Shown here: positions 19,322 to 28,387 of the stretch, one piece after another
Position numbering within the stretch: position 1 is the stretch's first letter
Layout: every line of letters starts with the position of its first letter
Assembly: GCA_934277435.1 (NCBI GenBank)
Contig: CAKQUE010000006.1
Span: 3,395 to 67,394 of the forward strand
Direction: 5' to 3'
DNA: 64,000 bases
From: an uncultured Alphaproteobacteria bacterium
GTDB lineage: Bacteria; Pseudomonadota; Alphaproteobacteria; RF32; CAG-239
The notes under the pieces: model-generated
What the model was told of the DNA's origin: nothing
Database searches by the model: none
The model's input: only the letters and a program-made list of their open reading frames with translations
Translations under genes and position numbers: made by a program

Positions 19322-20232
19322 TGACTGAAATTTTGCAAAATTTACCTCAAGTTCGTGGCGAATATAAAATAAATGAGCCTCTGAAAAAATATACCTGGCT
19401 AAATGTTGGTGGCAATGCAGATGTTATGTTTTTTCCAAAAGATGAGGAAGATTTGCAAAGTTTTTTAAAGCAGAATGCTTCTCATTTGCCGATTTTTGTT
19501 TTGGGTAGCGGCTCAAATCTTTTGGTGCGTGACGGAGGAATATCCGGCGTTGTGGTTAAACTTAGCTCGCCGTATTTTGCTAGTTGGCAGCTGGAAGATG
19601 ATATTTTAACAGTTGGCTGCGGTTTGAAAAACGCGGCGCTGAAAAAAATATTGCTTGAAAACGAACTCGGCGGCTTGGAGTTTATTTGCTCAATTCCAGG
19701 GAGTATCGGCGGTTTGGTGCGTTCTAATGCCGGATGTTTTGGCTCTGATTTGGCAAAAGTTTTACTTAAAGCAAAAGTTATTGATGGTAAAGGAAATATT
19801 TTTGAAGTGGATGCCAAAGATTTTCATTTTGCCTACCGTCATAGTAATTTCCCTGCGGATTGGATTCTTTTACAGCTGTTTTTAAAAACAGAAAAGTCAT
19901 CGGTAGAAAATATTAAGAGCTTAATCGAGCAAAACGCTGCTTATCGCAAAGAACATCAGCCTCAAAATGTCCGCACGGCCGGCTCTACATTCAAAAATCC
20001 GGAAAACGGTCGGGCATGGGAATTGATAAAAAAAGTCGGCGGCTGTGAGCTAAAAATCGGCGGCGCTTATTTTTCTCCGCAACATTGTAATTTTATGATT
20101 AATGACGGTTCGGCTTCGGCTGCTGATTTGGAGCGGCTGGGGGCCGAAGTGCAAAAACGGGTTAAAGAGCAGACTGGTGTTGACTTGCAATGGGAAGTCA
20201 AGGTGATAGGCAGAAAAAATGGAAACGACTAA
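19321..20232 (+). CDS. murB: UDP-N-acetylenolpyruvoylglucosamine reductase
   Basis: 'LGSGSNLLVRD', 'AGSTFKNP', 'SPQHCNFMIN'. The start overlaps the ftsW stop (TGATG). Confidence 0.92.
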   Translation: MTEILQNLPQVRGEYKINEPLKKYTWLNVGGNADVMFFPKDEEDLQSFLKQNASHLPIFVLGSGSNLLVRDGGISGVVVKLSSPYFASWQLEDDILTVGCGLKNAALKKILLENELGGLEFICSIPGSIGGLVRSNAGCFGSDLAKVLLKAKVIDGKGNIFEVDAKDFHFAYRHSNFPADWILLQLFLKTEKSSVENIKSLIEQNAAYRKEHQPQNVRTAGSTFKNPENGRAWELIKKVGGCELKIGGAYFSPQHCNFMINDGSASAADLERLGAEVQKRVKEQTGVDLQWEVKVIGRKNGND

Positions 20233-21022
20233 TAACAAAATATATGCGCCTACTCTGTGGCCGTATCGCCTGTTGGGAAATTTGCTTCTTATTGGCGGAA
20301 TATGGCTGATTACTTTCGGCGTTATCACTATTCGCCATAATTTGGTTAGCAAGCATATCGATTCGCTTATGACGGAACTGTATAATAAAACGGCGACTGT
20401 TGGTTGGGGGCTTGATGATGTTACGCTTGAAGGACGCAGTAAAACATCTAAAGATGATGTGCTTAGAGTTATTGGCTTGAAAAGAGGCGATAATATTTTA
20501 GAAATAGATTTAAATGCGGTTTGCGAAAAGGTAAAAACCTTGCCATGGGTGCGAGATGCCAGCGTTAGCCGTCGCTATTTTCCAAACATTATTCATATCA
20601 GCATTAGAGAAAAGAAAGTTAAATCTATTTGGCAATATAAAAATGAATTTTATCCGATTGATGAAGACGGTAAGATTATTGAAACCGAATACGTGCTGCA
20701 AAAAAATATTTTGCAGATTGTCGGAGAAGATGCGCCGGAGCACATTAATGCTTTGCTGAAAATAATTGAAAAAGACAAAGATTTGTTTTCTCGTGTTAAA
20801 GTAGCTAATTTTATTTCTAAACGTCGCTGGAATCTGACTTTTGACGATGTGTTGAACGGAATTACTGTCAAACTTCCGGAAGATGATGTGGAAGATGCTT
20901 GGAAAAAATTAGTTAAATTAGATAAAACACGCGGTATTCTTAAACGTAAATTAACTTTCATTGATTTAAGATTAAAAAATAAGGTTATTGTAAAAATCAG
21001 TAACAAAGATGCTAACCCGTAA
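20219..21022 (+). CDS. ftsQ: cell division protein FtsQ
   Basis: Single N-terminal TM helix plus a POTRA-like region ('...LPWVRDASVSRRYFPNIIHISIREKK'). Its position is between murB and ftsA. Confidence 0.85.
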   Translation: METTNNKIYAPTLWPYRLLGNLLLIGGIWLITFGVITIRHNLVSKHIDSLMTELYNKTATVGWGLDDVTLEGRSKTSKDDVLRVIGLKRGDNILEIDLNAVCEKVKTLPWVRDASVSRRYFPNIIHISIREKKVKSIWQYKNEFYPIDEDGKIIETEYVLQKNILQIVGEDAPEHINALLKIIEKDKDLFSRVKVANFISKRRWNLTFDDVLNGITVKLPEDDVEDAWKKLVKLDKTRGILKRKLTFIDLRLKNKVIVKISNKDANP

Positions 21023-21046
21023 TTGAAAGTTTGAGGAAAGTTTATC

Positions 21047-22285
21047 GTGAATCGTTCCACTATTGCCGCTTTGGATATTGGTTCTTCAAAAGTTTGCTGT
21101 CTGATTGCTCATATTGGCAAAGACAAAAAGATTAATATTGTCAGTTACGGATATAATGCGTCAAAGGGAATTAAAAACGGCGTTATCACCGATATCAATC
21201 AAGCGACTTTATCGGTTTGCAATGCTGTGGAAGCTGCTGAACAAATGGCTGGCGAACGCATTGAAAGCGTTATTCTGAATGTTTCTGGTGACAAAACTTG
21301 CAGCCGCTTACGTAGCGAGTCTATCTCGTTGAAAAAAAATCGCCCGATTAGCGAAGCCGATATCATCAAAGTTAGAGAGCGCGTTTTAAGCAAGGTTAAT
21401 GTTGAAAATAATGAACTGATACATTGTTTGCCTGTCGGCTATAAAATTGACGGTAATGAAGATGTCAAAGATCCAATGAATATTTACGGCGAAGAACTTT
21501 CAGCCGGAATTTTGCTTGGTATGTATCCGCATGTACTCTATAAAAATTTGGCTTCTGTGGTTGAGGCGGCGCATTTGGATATTGAAAATAAAGTGCTTTC
21601 AGCGTATGCGTCAGGTATGGCTTGTTTGGTAGAAGACGAGCGAGAATACGGCTCTACCATTATTGATATCGGCGGCGGTACCACCAGTATTGCCACTTTC
21701 AAAAACGGAGTTCCTGTAGCTTTTTCGACTTTGCCGGTTGGCGGAATAAATATCACCAAAGACATCACGCAAGGTTTGACGACTTCTTTTGCTCATGCTG
21801 AAGACTTGAAAAATCGTCACGGCTGCGCTTTTTTAGTCAGTCATGATGACTATGAAAATATCAATGTGTATCCGCTTGGCGAAGAAGATGATAGCTCAAT
21901 CAGACAAATGCATCGTTCTGATTTGATAAAAATTATTGCTCCGCGTGTGGAAGAAATATTTGAAATGGTGGCGCGCAAATTGGCGCAGCAAGGATTACAG
22001 AATCATCAAAACCACCGTGTTGTTTTAACCGGCGGCTGCAGTCAGCTTCCGGGGATACGCGACGTTGCTGCCTATATCTTGGATAAGCAGGTTCGTTTAG
22101 GCGGACCGCGCAATATTCAAGGGATACCTGAAATAATTAATAATCCAACTTTTTCAACTGCTTTGGGGCTTTTATATTTAGCTACTACAAATGCTGAGCG
22201 TAAACCGAAAAAAATTGTAAATCGTCCGGTGGGCGAGGGCGGTTGCCTAACAAAAATTTTTAATTGGATACGTCAAAATTCTTAA
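21047..22285 (+). CDS. ftsA: cell division protein FtsA
   Basis: 'IAALDIGSSKVCCLIA', 'IIDIGGGTTSIATF', 'VLTGGCSQLPGI'. GTG start with a GAGGAAAG RBS. Confidence 0.93.
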   Translation: MNRSTIAALDIGSSKVCCLIAHIGKDKKINIVSYGYNASKGIKNGVITDINQATLSVCNAVEAAEQMAGERIESVILNVSGDKTCSRLRSESISLKKNRPISEADIIKVRERVLSKVNVENNELIHCLPVGYKIDGNEDVKDPMNIYGEELSAGILLGMYPHVLYKNLASVVEAAHLDIENKVLSAYASGMACLVEDEREYGSTIIDIGGGTTSIATFKNGVPVAFSTLPVGGINITKDITQGLTTSFAHAEDLKNRHGCAFLVSHDDYENINVYPLGEEDDSSIRQMHRSDLIKIIAPRVEEIFEMVARKLAQQGLQNHQNHRVVLTGGCSQLPGIRDVAAYILDKQVRLGGPRNIQGIPEIINNPTFSTALGLLYLATTNAERKPKKIVNRPVGEGGCLTKIFNWIRQNS

Positions 22286-22362
22286 AATAGTAACAAAAAC
22301 TTAATCTATTTCAGTTATTTTATATTAAAATTAGTAAAACTGTCTAACTGGGAGAATGATAG

Positions 22363-24021
22363 ATGTCAATAAAATTGGGTGTTGCCGATACCACAGTATC
22401 ACATTTAAAACCGCGCATTGCCGTTATTGGTGTTGGCGGCGGCGGCGGAAATGCCGTAAACAATATGATTGCTAAAAATCTGGAAGGCGTTGATTTTGTG
22501 GTGGCTAATACCGATGCTCAAGCATTAGCGCATTCTTCTTCTAGCCGTAAAATTCAGTTGGGGTTGGAAATAACTCAAGGTTTGGGAGCTGGTGCTCGTC
22601 CGGAAATCGGCAAAATTGCCGCTGAGGAAGCAAAAGAAGAAATTGCCCGCGAACTTGAAGGCGTAAATATGGTGTTTATTACTGCCGGTATGGGCGGCGG
22701 TACTGGCTCTGGTGCTGCTCCTGTTGTAGCTCATATTGCTAAGGAAAAAGGTATTTTGACCGTTGGCGTTGTGACCAAGCCTTTTACTTTTGAAGGCCGC
22801 AAACGTATGGAAACAGCCGAAAGTGCTTTAGCTAATTTTACCAGTGAAGTAGATAGTATAATTGTTATTCCTAACCAAAATCTGTTTCGTATTGCCGACA
22901 AAAAAACCACTTTGGCTGAAGCTTTTTTGATGGCTGATGATGTTTTGTATTCCGGCGTGCGTTCTATCACAGACTTAATGATGATGCCTGGTTTGATTAA
23001 CCTTGATTTTGCCGATGTTAAAAACATTATGCAAGATAAAGGTAAAGCTATTATGGGAACTGGTGAAGCCGAGGGTGAAAATCGTGCTCAAGAAGCTGCT
23101 AAACAGGCTTTGTCCAATCCGCTTTTGGACGATTGCACAATGCATGGTGCTAAAGGTGTGCTGATTAACATCACCGGCGGCGATGACATCACTTTGATGG
23201 AAATTGACGAAGCTGCATCTATCATCAAAGAAGAAGTTGACGATAATGCAAATATTATCTTTGGTTCTAGCTATGACGAAAATTTAGCCGGAAAAATTCG
23301 TGTTTCTATTGTTGTAACAGGTATTAACGACGGAAAACCGCAACCGGAAGCCTTGCCGCGTACCAAAGAGCCGTCTTTAATTGATCAAAGTTATGATGAT
23401 ACAGCCTTTGTTCCAACTGTTGAGGTAAATGAAACAGAGGTAGAAGAACCGGTATCTTTGGATTTTAATGACAGTGTTTTAACAGAAACCGAAACACCTG
23501 TTGAAGAAATTACAGAACCAACACCGGAAAGCGCTTCTTTGGATAATGATTTTTCTTCATTAGATAAGTCAGACGAGTTGCCGGAAGTTCCTCAGGCCTC
23601 TGCTTTGTTCAGTGCTATTATGAATAGTTCTGCCAACAAAGCCGAAGATGAAGAAACTAGTAATAATGAATTTAGCGCTGTATCGCCGAAAGATGATGAT
23701 TTCTTCTCCAGTGTAACTCCAATTCAAAATGTTGTGGAAACTGAAGAAGAGCCGGTTTTGTTCCAAAATCACGATTCTGATATATTTAAAGATAGCAAGC
23801 CGGCAGCGCCTGCTCTGGACGAACGTCAAGCTGATGAATCCGAGGACGATGTAAAACCTACATTTATTGAACGCGTTATCGGTATCCGCAGCCGCAAGAA
23901 AAAAGAAGAAAGCGAAGATTTGCCGGAAAATATTGTTAAATTCTCGGCAGATGAAAACAACGATGTTCCGGAACTTTCTGGAGATGAGTTGGATATTCCA
24001 TCATTCTTGCGCCGCAAGTAA
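22363..24021 (+). CDS. ftsZ: cell division GTPase FtsZ (long acidic C-terminal linker)
   Basis: '[13 protein letters not shown]', '[15 protein letters not shown]', and the terminal peptide 'DIPSFLRRK'. 552 aa. Confidence 0.97.
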   Translation: MSIKLGVADTTVSHLKPRIAVIGVGGGGGNAVNNMIAKNLEGVDFVVANTDAQALAHSSSSRKIQLGLEITQGLGAGARPEIGKIAAEEAKEEIARELEGVNMVFITAGMGGGTGSGAAPVVAHIAKEKGILTVGVVTKPFTFEGRKRMETAESALANFTSEVDSIIVIPNQNLFRIADKKTTLAEAFLMADDVLYSGVRSITDLMMMPGLINLDFADVKNIMQDKGKAIMGTGEAEGENRAQEAAKQALSNPLLDDCTMHGAKGVLINITGGDDITLMEIDEAASIIKEEVDDNANIIFGSSYDENLAGKIRVSIVVTGINDGKPQPEALPRTKEPSLIDQSYDDTAFVPTVEVNETEVEEPVSLDFNDSVLTETETPVEEITEPTPESASLDNDFSSLDKSDELPEVPQASALFSAIMNSSANKAEDEETSNNEFSAVSPKDDDFFSSVTPIQNVVETEEEPVLFQNHDSDIFKDSKPAAPALDERQADESEDDVKPTFIERVIGIRSRKKKEESEDLPENIVKFSADENNDVPELSGDELDIPSFLRRK

Positions 24022-24039
24022 ACTTTTAAAAAACATAAG

Positions 24040-24073
24040 AACTCCGCCCGATGCAAGTCTGGCGGAGTTTTAA
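24040..24073 (+). terminator. hairpin after ftsZ
   Basis: AACTCCGCC-12 nt-GGCGGAGTT followed by TTAATAT, which is a weak T-run. Confidence 0.5.
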
Positions 24074-24078
24074 TATAT

Positions 24079-24191
24079 GCGGCAACCGGCATTCTTGCGC
24101 CTGCCTTTCGTTTGCGGTCAAACTCACATCTGTGAGTTCTCGCCCTCGCTGCACAGCACTAATAAAACAAAAAAGGTCTCAAAAGAGACCT
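24079..24191. repeat. 113-bp GC-rich direct repeat, copy A
   Basis: Matches 24270..24382 with about 5 mismatches. It contains the hairpins AACTCACA/TGTGAGTT and AGGTCTC-aaaa-GAGACCT. Confidence 0.9.
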
Positions 24192-24269
24192 GAAATATTG
24201 TAAATCATTTTTTCAAAATGACGGCGGGACTGGCTGCGCTACGCTGCGCCGCCGCTTCACTCATTGCTT

Positions 24270-24382
24270 GCGGCAACCGGCATTCTTGCGTCTGCCTTTC
24301 GTTTGTGGTCAAACTCACATCTGTGAGTTCTCGCCCTCGCTGCACAGCGCCAATAAAACAAAAAAGGTCTCAAAAGAGACCT
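24270..24382. repeat. 113-bp GC-rich direct repeat, copy B (left arm of a palindrome with the tRNA-Arg 3' end)
   Basis: Bases 24352-24376 form a perfect 25-bp inverted repeat with 24381-24405, GCGCCAATAAAACAAAAAAGGTCTC/GAGACCTTTTTTGTTTTATTGGCGC. The right arm runs into the tRNA acceptor end. Confidence 0.9.
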
Positions 24383-24394
24383 TTTTTGTTTTAT

Positions 24395-24471
24395 TGGCGC
24401 GCTCGGCGGGACTCGAACTCACAACCTTCTGATCCGTAGTCAGATGCTCTATCCAATTAAGCTACGAGCGC
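24395..24471 (-). tRNA. tRNA-Arg (anticodon ACG)
   Basis: Hand-folded cloverleaf: acceptor GCGCTCG/CGAGCGC, anticodon loop CTACGGA, T-loop TTCGAGT, and an encoded CCA. There is one A:C mismatch in the T stem. Confidence 0.85.
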
Positions 24472-24637
24472 AGCGACTGGATATTTTAATAGAACAAAAA
24501 AAATATAAATGCAAGCACTTTTTTCAATTTTTTTTATTTTTTTGCACAAACGCTTAATTCTTTAATTGTTTTTTTAATAAAAACACTTTACAAATAGAGC
24601 CATATTGAAAAGTTAACTATAATATAAGGCTTATATA

Positions 24638-25861
24638 ATGAAAAAATTTGCATTACTTTCGGCTACTGCGCTTTTGTTAGCGGCATGTGCGGCAAATGAG
24701 GTTCAATTTCCGGGTGTCAGCCCGTCTCCAGTTCTGAACATTTCTAATGGCAGCGGTTCTTTTGTGGGTAAAAAAGTTAATGAATTTACGCGTGAATATA
24801 ACGGAATACACAGTTCGGTTAATTCCAGCGCGCAAAAATTGGCCAAAATAAATCAATCTATCGCCGAGGCCGATTCGGAATATAATGCCATTATAAACAC
24901 GATAGAGGCTAAATTGGAAGCCGGAACTACTCCGTCTAATCCAGATTTGGTGTCCGCTCTCAACAAAGCGCAAGAAAACTTGGGCACTTTGGAAAATGGT
25001 ACTCAACAATTGGCGACGGTTGCCTCAGAAGTTGCTGCTCAGCAAGAAAAATTGTCGGCTTTGAAATCTACTGTTAACGCCACATACGCTATTCCAGGGG
25101 CCTATGATGTTGACCACGCTGACTTGAATATTATTTCTTCGGCTTTGGATCAGCAAGAAAATACCAATGCTGACTTGATGGCGGCCGTAAAAATGAATAT
25201 TGCGGACGAACAAAACAAGGCTCAGCAGTTTAGAGCTGAAATCACTCGTTTGAATGTTGATGTTGCTGCTGGTTATGTAAAATCTACGCCGTTGTCCGGA
25301 ATAAATGCTGGTGCAACTGAATTTAAAACTATTAAGCCGGTGCATGTGCAAAAAACATTGGCTAAAAACAAATCTATTCGCACCAGTAAAAAACGTGTAA
25401 AACTTGGTAAAAAAATTGGTGTTATAGAAACAGTTCAATCTGCGCCTAAAACTGCTGTAAAAACTAAGCCTGTGGCTAAAAATTCAGTCAAAAAGGCTAC
25501 TCCGGCCAGTGTGCAAAATGCGTTGAATACAGCGGCTCCGGAATATTCAAAAACAGTGGCAGAACCAGCCAAACCTATTGCTGGAACGATTTTTTCTAAA
25601 GATTTCCCTGATGAAAATGTTGAATATTTTGCTGAGTTAGAACAAGCTGTGCGTCAGGCTCTAAAAAACAATCCGGATTCGCGTTTTGAAGTTGTAGCAG
25701 TTATGCCTATGGATACCGCGGCGCAAGAACACGCGCAAAATGTTACGGCCAAAATTTTTGGTGATATGCTGACAATGTCTGTTCCGGCAGAAAATTTGCA
25801 AGTTAGCGCCCGCAGTGAAATTACTAAAAAAATTCCGACTATTGTGGTTGTGAAAAAATAA
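24638..25861 (+). CDS. lipoprotein, hypothetical (407 aa)
   Basis: Lipobox 'LLLAAC'. The middle is coiled-coil-like and Ala/Gln-rich, followed by a Lys-rich segment. Confidence 0.7.
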   Translation: MKKFALLSATALLLAACAANEVQFPGVSPSPVLNISNGSGSFVGKKVNEFTREYNGIHSSVNSSAQKLAKINQSIAEADSEYNAIINTIEAKLEAGTTPSNPDLVSALNKAQENLGTLENGTQQLATVASEVAAQQEKLSALKSTVNATYAIPGAYDVDHADLNIISSALDQQENTNADLMAAVKMNIADEQNKAQQFRAEITRLNVDVAAGYVKSTPLSGINAGATEFKTIKPVHVQKTLAKNKSIRTSKKRVKLGKKIGVIETVQSAPKTAVKTKPVAKNSVKKATPASVQNALNTAAPEYSKTVAEPAKPIAGTIFSKDFPDENVEYFAELEQAVRQALKNNPDSRFEVVAVMPMDTAAQEHAQNVTAKIFGDMLTMSVPAENLQVSARSEITKKIPTIVVVKK

Positions 25862-25877
25862 AATACCAATGTTTATG

Positions 25878-25912
25878 AAAAAAAAGCTCTGTCTTGTGGC
25901 AGGGCTTTTTTT
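25878..25912. terminator. bidirectional intrinsic terminator
   Basis: AGCTCTGTC-ttgt-GGCAGGGCT (two G:U pairs), flanked by an A-run and a T-run. It lies between convergent genes. Confidence 0.65.
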
Positions 25913-25913
25913 G

Positions 25914-26354
25914 TCAGCATCTGATATCATCGGCTTCTAAAACTTCGCGGGCGTGCTGCAAAAACATAATTTCATCAGTCACAAAGTGGTGAATATTTAA
26001 AAGTGTGTCATTATCGATTCGCAATATCTGCGCTATTTTTCGGATAATCATTATCTCGTCATCTGAAATGAGGGTGTTAACCGATGCGGCAAACCAAAGA
26101 CAATGCAATAAATCTATGGCAATGGCTCGAGTACAAATTGGCATTAAAGCGCGGTATAGCTCTTCATTGTTGCGCGGAATATAAATTTTTTTCAAAACAT
26201 CCGGTAAAAGCTGCATTCTATCCAATAATTTGCTGATAAAATTTCGTTCAATGTAATCTGGATTACGGTCAGACTTCGCCAAATATGCCAATACGCGGAT
26301 ATAGGCAATTTTTTGTTCCTCTGTCAATGGAATTGCATTATATAAGTTACGCAT
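25914..26354 (-). CDS. hypothetical protein, possibly TerB-like helical
   Basis: The start was chosen at ATG 26354, which is preceded by GGGAGG. The sequence is helical, with 'EEQKIAYIRVLAYLAKSD'. The domain call is weak. Confidence 0.55.
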   Translation of the reverse strand: MRNLYNAIPLTEEQKIAYIRVLAYLAKSDRNPDYIERNFISKLLDRMQLLPDVLKKIYIPRNNEELYRALMPICTRAIAIDLLHCLWFAASVNTLISDDEIMIIRKIAQILRIDNDTLLNIHHFVTDEIMFLQHAREVLEADDIRC

Positions 26355-26445
26355 ACTGACCTCCCTATTATCATAAATGATATCACGAGAAAATTTCAAC
26401 TGCAATTATTATGTTAAAATGTGGCAAAAATTTCATTTTTTTGCA

Positions 26446-26487
26446 ACAAAAACGCCCTTGACTATCAAATAGTCAGGGCGTTTTTGT
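26446..26487 (-). terminator. intrinsic terminator after ORF 26487..26981
   Basis: ACGCCCTTGACT-atcaaat-AGTCAGGGCGT with flanking A and T runs. Confidence 0.65.
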
Positions 26488-26981
26488 TAGTGCATATTTT
26501 TAAAATAACACTTAGACGCATTTACATAGCGCTCACTCCATTTATTGTCAATAAGTGCAAGCTCGTAATTTGCATCATCATAAATTAAACGGGCGCTGTC
26601 GCAAAATGCTGTCAGCAAACCTTCGTCAATGTTGTCAGCCGAACGCAATTTGTTGCAAAAAGCAATACTTTCTTTTTCATTAGCTCCATACTTTTTCCAG
26701 CATTTAGCGAGCAGACCTTTGGCTGTTGTTTCGTCACAATGCTCAATCAAAGCCAGAGTTGCTTCCTCTGTAAGCGGAAAATGCTCAATGTACTTTTCAA
26801 TAAAGTCGAGCCAGCGTTTGTCATTTGTTTGCAGCAGCTGTTTAACAAGTTCAACTTCTTCTTGATTGTTCATGCACGAGGCATAACACTTGGGGCTGTC
26901 AGAAGTCAATTTTTTGTTAAAAATCACCTCAGAAAGTCCCTTAACATCATTGACGTTAATCAAATAAAAAATATTGTCCAT
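26487..26981 (-). CDS. hypothetical protein (164 aa)
   Basis: Clean ORF with its own terminator. No motif recognised. Confidence 0.6.
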   Translation of the reverse strand: MDNIFYLINVNDVKGLSEVIFNKKLTSDSPKCYASCMNNQEEVELVKQLLQTNDKRWLDFIEKYIEHFPLTEEATLALIEHCDETTAKGLLAKCWKKYGANEKESIAFCNKLRSADNIDEGLLTAFCDSARLIYDDANYELALIDNKWSERYVNASKCYFKNMH

Positions 26982-27065
26982 ACAAAAAAATTTAAGAATA
27001 ATTGTTAATTAACTTTCTTTTATAAAAAATCATAAATGATGTCAAGGTGCGGAGAAAAATATTTA

Positions 27066-27665
27066 TCAGCGCACGTGCGTGCGTTGTCTTTCATAGACAC
27101 GAGAATTTGCTCTGGAACGTTCAAGTTTACGTACACGTTTCCGTTTTCTTTCATACGAAAGGTTGGGACGCTCTAAATTATTACCTGTTAGCTCATCAAT
27201 TAAATGTTTGTTTTTAATCATTGTTTCAATAGGGTCGTTGCTGCTGTTATGTTTAATTATATTTTTTAGGACTTCTCGACGTGTGTTTGAAAGATTGTGC
27301 ATAATTTGATTTAAGGCAACATCTCTGTTTTGTAAATGTAACAATTCTTGATATTCTGGTTCTTGCGAGCGGGTGCGGCTGGATGATACAGATGTGCTAT
27401 CAGGTTGATTAATATTTTGATGGCGTAACTCAATGTTTTTTTGATGCTGTTCTGTTATCGTTTTACCCATTCTAAGACGAGAAATCATTTCGGCGGCAGT
27501 CATCTGGGGTAATCTTTTTATTTTTTGATGTTGCGTCGGTTCAATGTTTTTTTCCTTTATTTCGGCACTATGAAATTTAGCGCTGTGCTCTCTGTTTTTA
27601 GCGCTTAATCTATCAAAAAGTTCATGCACACGCCGTGGAGAAACTGTATTTTTAGAAAAATCCAT
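27066..27665 (-). CDS. hypothetical highly basic protein
   Basis: The start was chosen at ATG 27665 (AAGGAG 7 nt upstream). The sequence is Arg/Lys/Gln-rich and of low complexity. Confidence 0.55.
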   Translation of the reverse strand: MDFSKNTVSPRRVHELFDRLSAKNREHSAKFHSAEIKEKNIEPTQHQKIKRLPQMTAAEMISRLRMGKTITEQHQKNIELRHQNINQPDSTSVSSSRTRSQEPEYQELLHLQNRDVALNQIMHNLSNTRREVLKNIIKHNSSNDPIETMIKNKHLIDELTGNNLERPNLSYERKRKRVRKLERSRANSRVYERQRTHVR

Positions 27666-27795
27666 TGTAAAACTCCTTAAACATATCTTATTGTAACACA
27701 ACGTAGGCTGGTTAGCAAGGCTTAATAAAATAATTTTTAGGAATTTATTAAGATTAAGTGGTTACACTTTATAAAAAATAAACGGGAGAAATATT

Positions 27796-28377
27796 ATGGA
27801 AATAAATTGGATTAATCCGTGGCTTATCGGCGGTATTGTTGTAGCATTGTTGTTTTATGCTCAATATGTGCGCTTGATTGTTGTGCGCAATAAAGTCAGA
27901 GAGTCGGCTTCGGATATTGATGTGCAACTAAAAAAACGCTATGACTTGATTCCAAATATGTTGCAAATGGCGGCAAAATTTATGGAACACGAAAAATCGT
28001 TGATGACTGAATTGACTGAATTGCGCACCAAAGCGATGGCTAGCACATTTGTGGCTTCGCCAAAAGAAAAAATGGAAATGGAAAGCCTGTTGAACCAAAA
28101 ATTGGGTGAATTTAGAGTTTCTTTAGAAAATTATCCGGATTTGAAATCAAATCAGACTATGATTACAGCTATGCAAAGCATGAATGAGGTGGAAGAGCAT
28201 ATTTCTGCCGCTCGTCGCTTTTATAACTCTAATGTCAATACCTTGAAAAATGCGGTCGAAATTTTTCCTGGAAACATTGTAGCTATGTTGGTTGGTGTTA
28301 ATTATAAAGACACTCCGTTTTTTGAAGTCAGTGAAGTAGAAAAACAACCGATTAACAGCAAAGATTATTTTAAATAA
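27796..28377 (+). CDS. lemA: LemA family membrane protein
   Basis: N-terminal TM helix, 'QLKKRYDLIPNMLQMA', and 'ISAARRFYNSNVNTLKN', all typical of LemA. Confidence 0.88.
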   Translation: MEINWINPWLIGGIVVALLFYAQYVRLIVVRNKVRESASDIDVQLKKRYDLIPNMLQMAAKFMEHEKSLMTELTELRTKAMASTFVASPKEKMEMESLLNQKLGEFRVSLENYPDLKSNQTMITAMQSMNEVEEHISAARRFYNSNVNTLKNAVEIFPGNIVAMLVGVNYKDTPFFEVSEVEKQPINSKDYFK

Positions 28378-28387
28378 TGAGGTAAAT

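Noticed and set aside
24079-24382. I considered whether the GC-rich 113-bp units are pieces of a two-piece (permuted) alphaproteobacterial tmRNA, given smpB in the window.
   Set aside because: There is no tRNA-Ala-like acceptor with G3:U70 ending in ACCA. No reading frame encodes a plausible degradation tag ending in hydrophobic residues (..LAA or ..VAA followed by a stop). No pseudoknot series is evident.
24218-24439. 73-aa ORF spanning repeat copy B and running into tRNA-Arg.
   Set aside because: It overlaps a tRNA gene and a terminator palindrome, and it has no RBS. The reading frame is a by-product of the GC-rich repeat.
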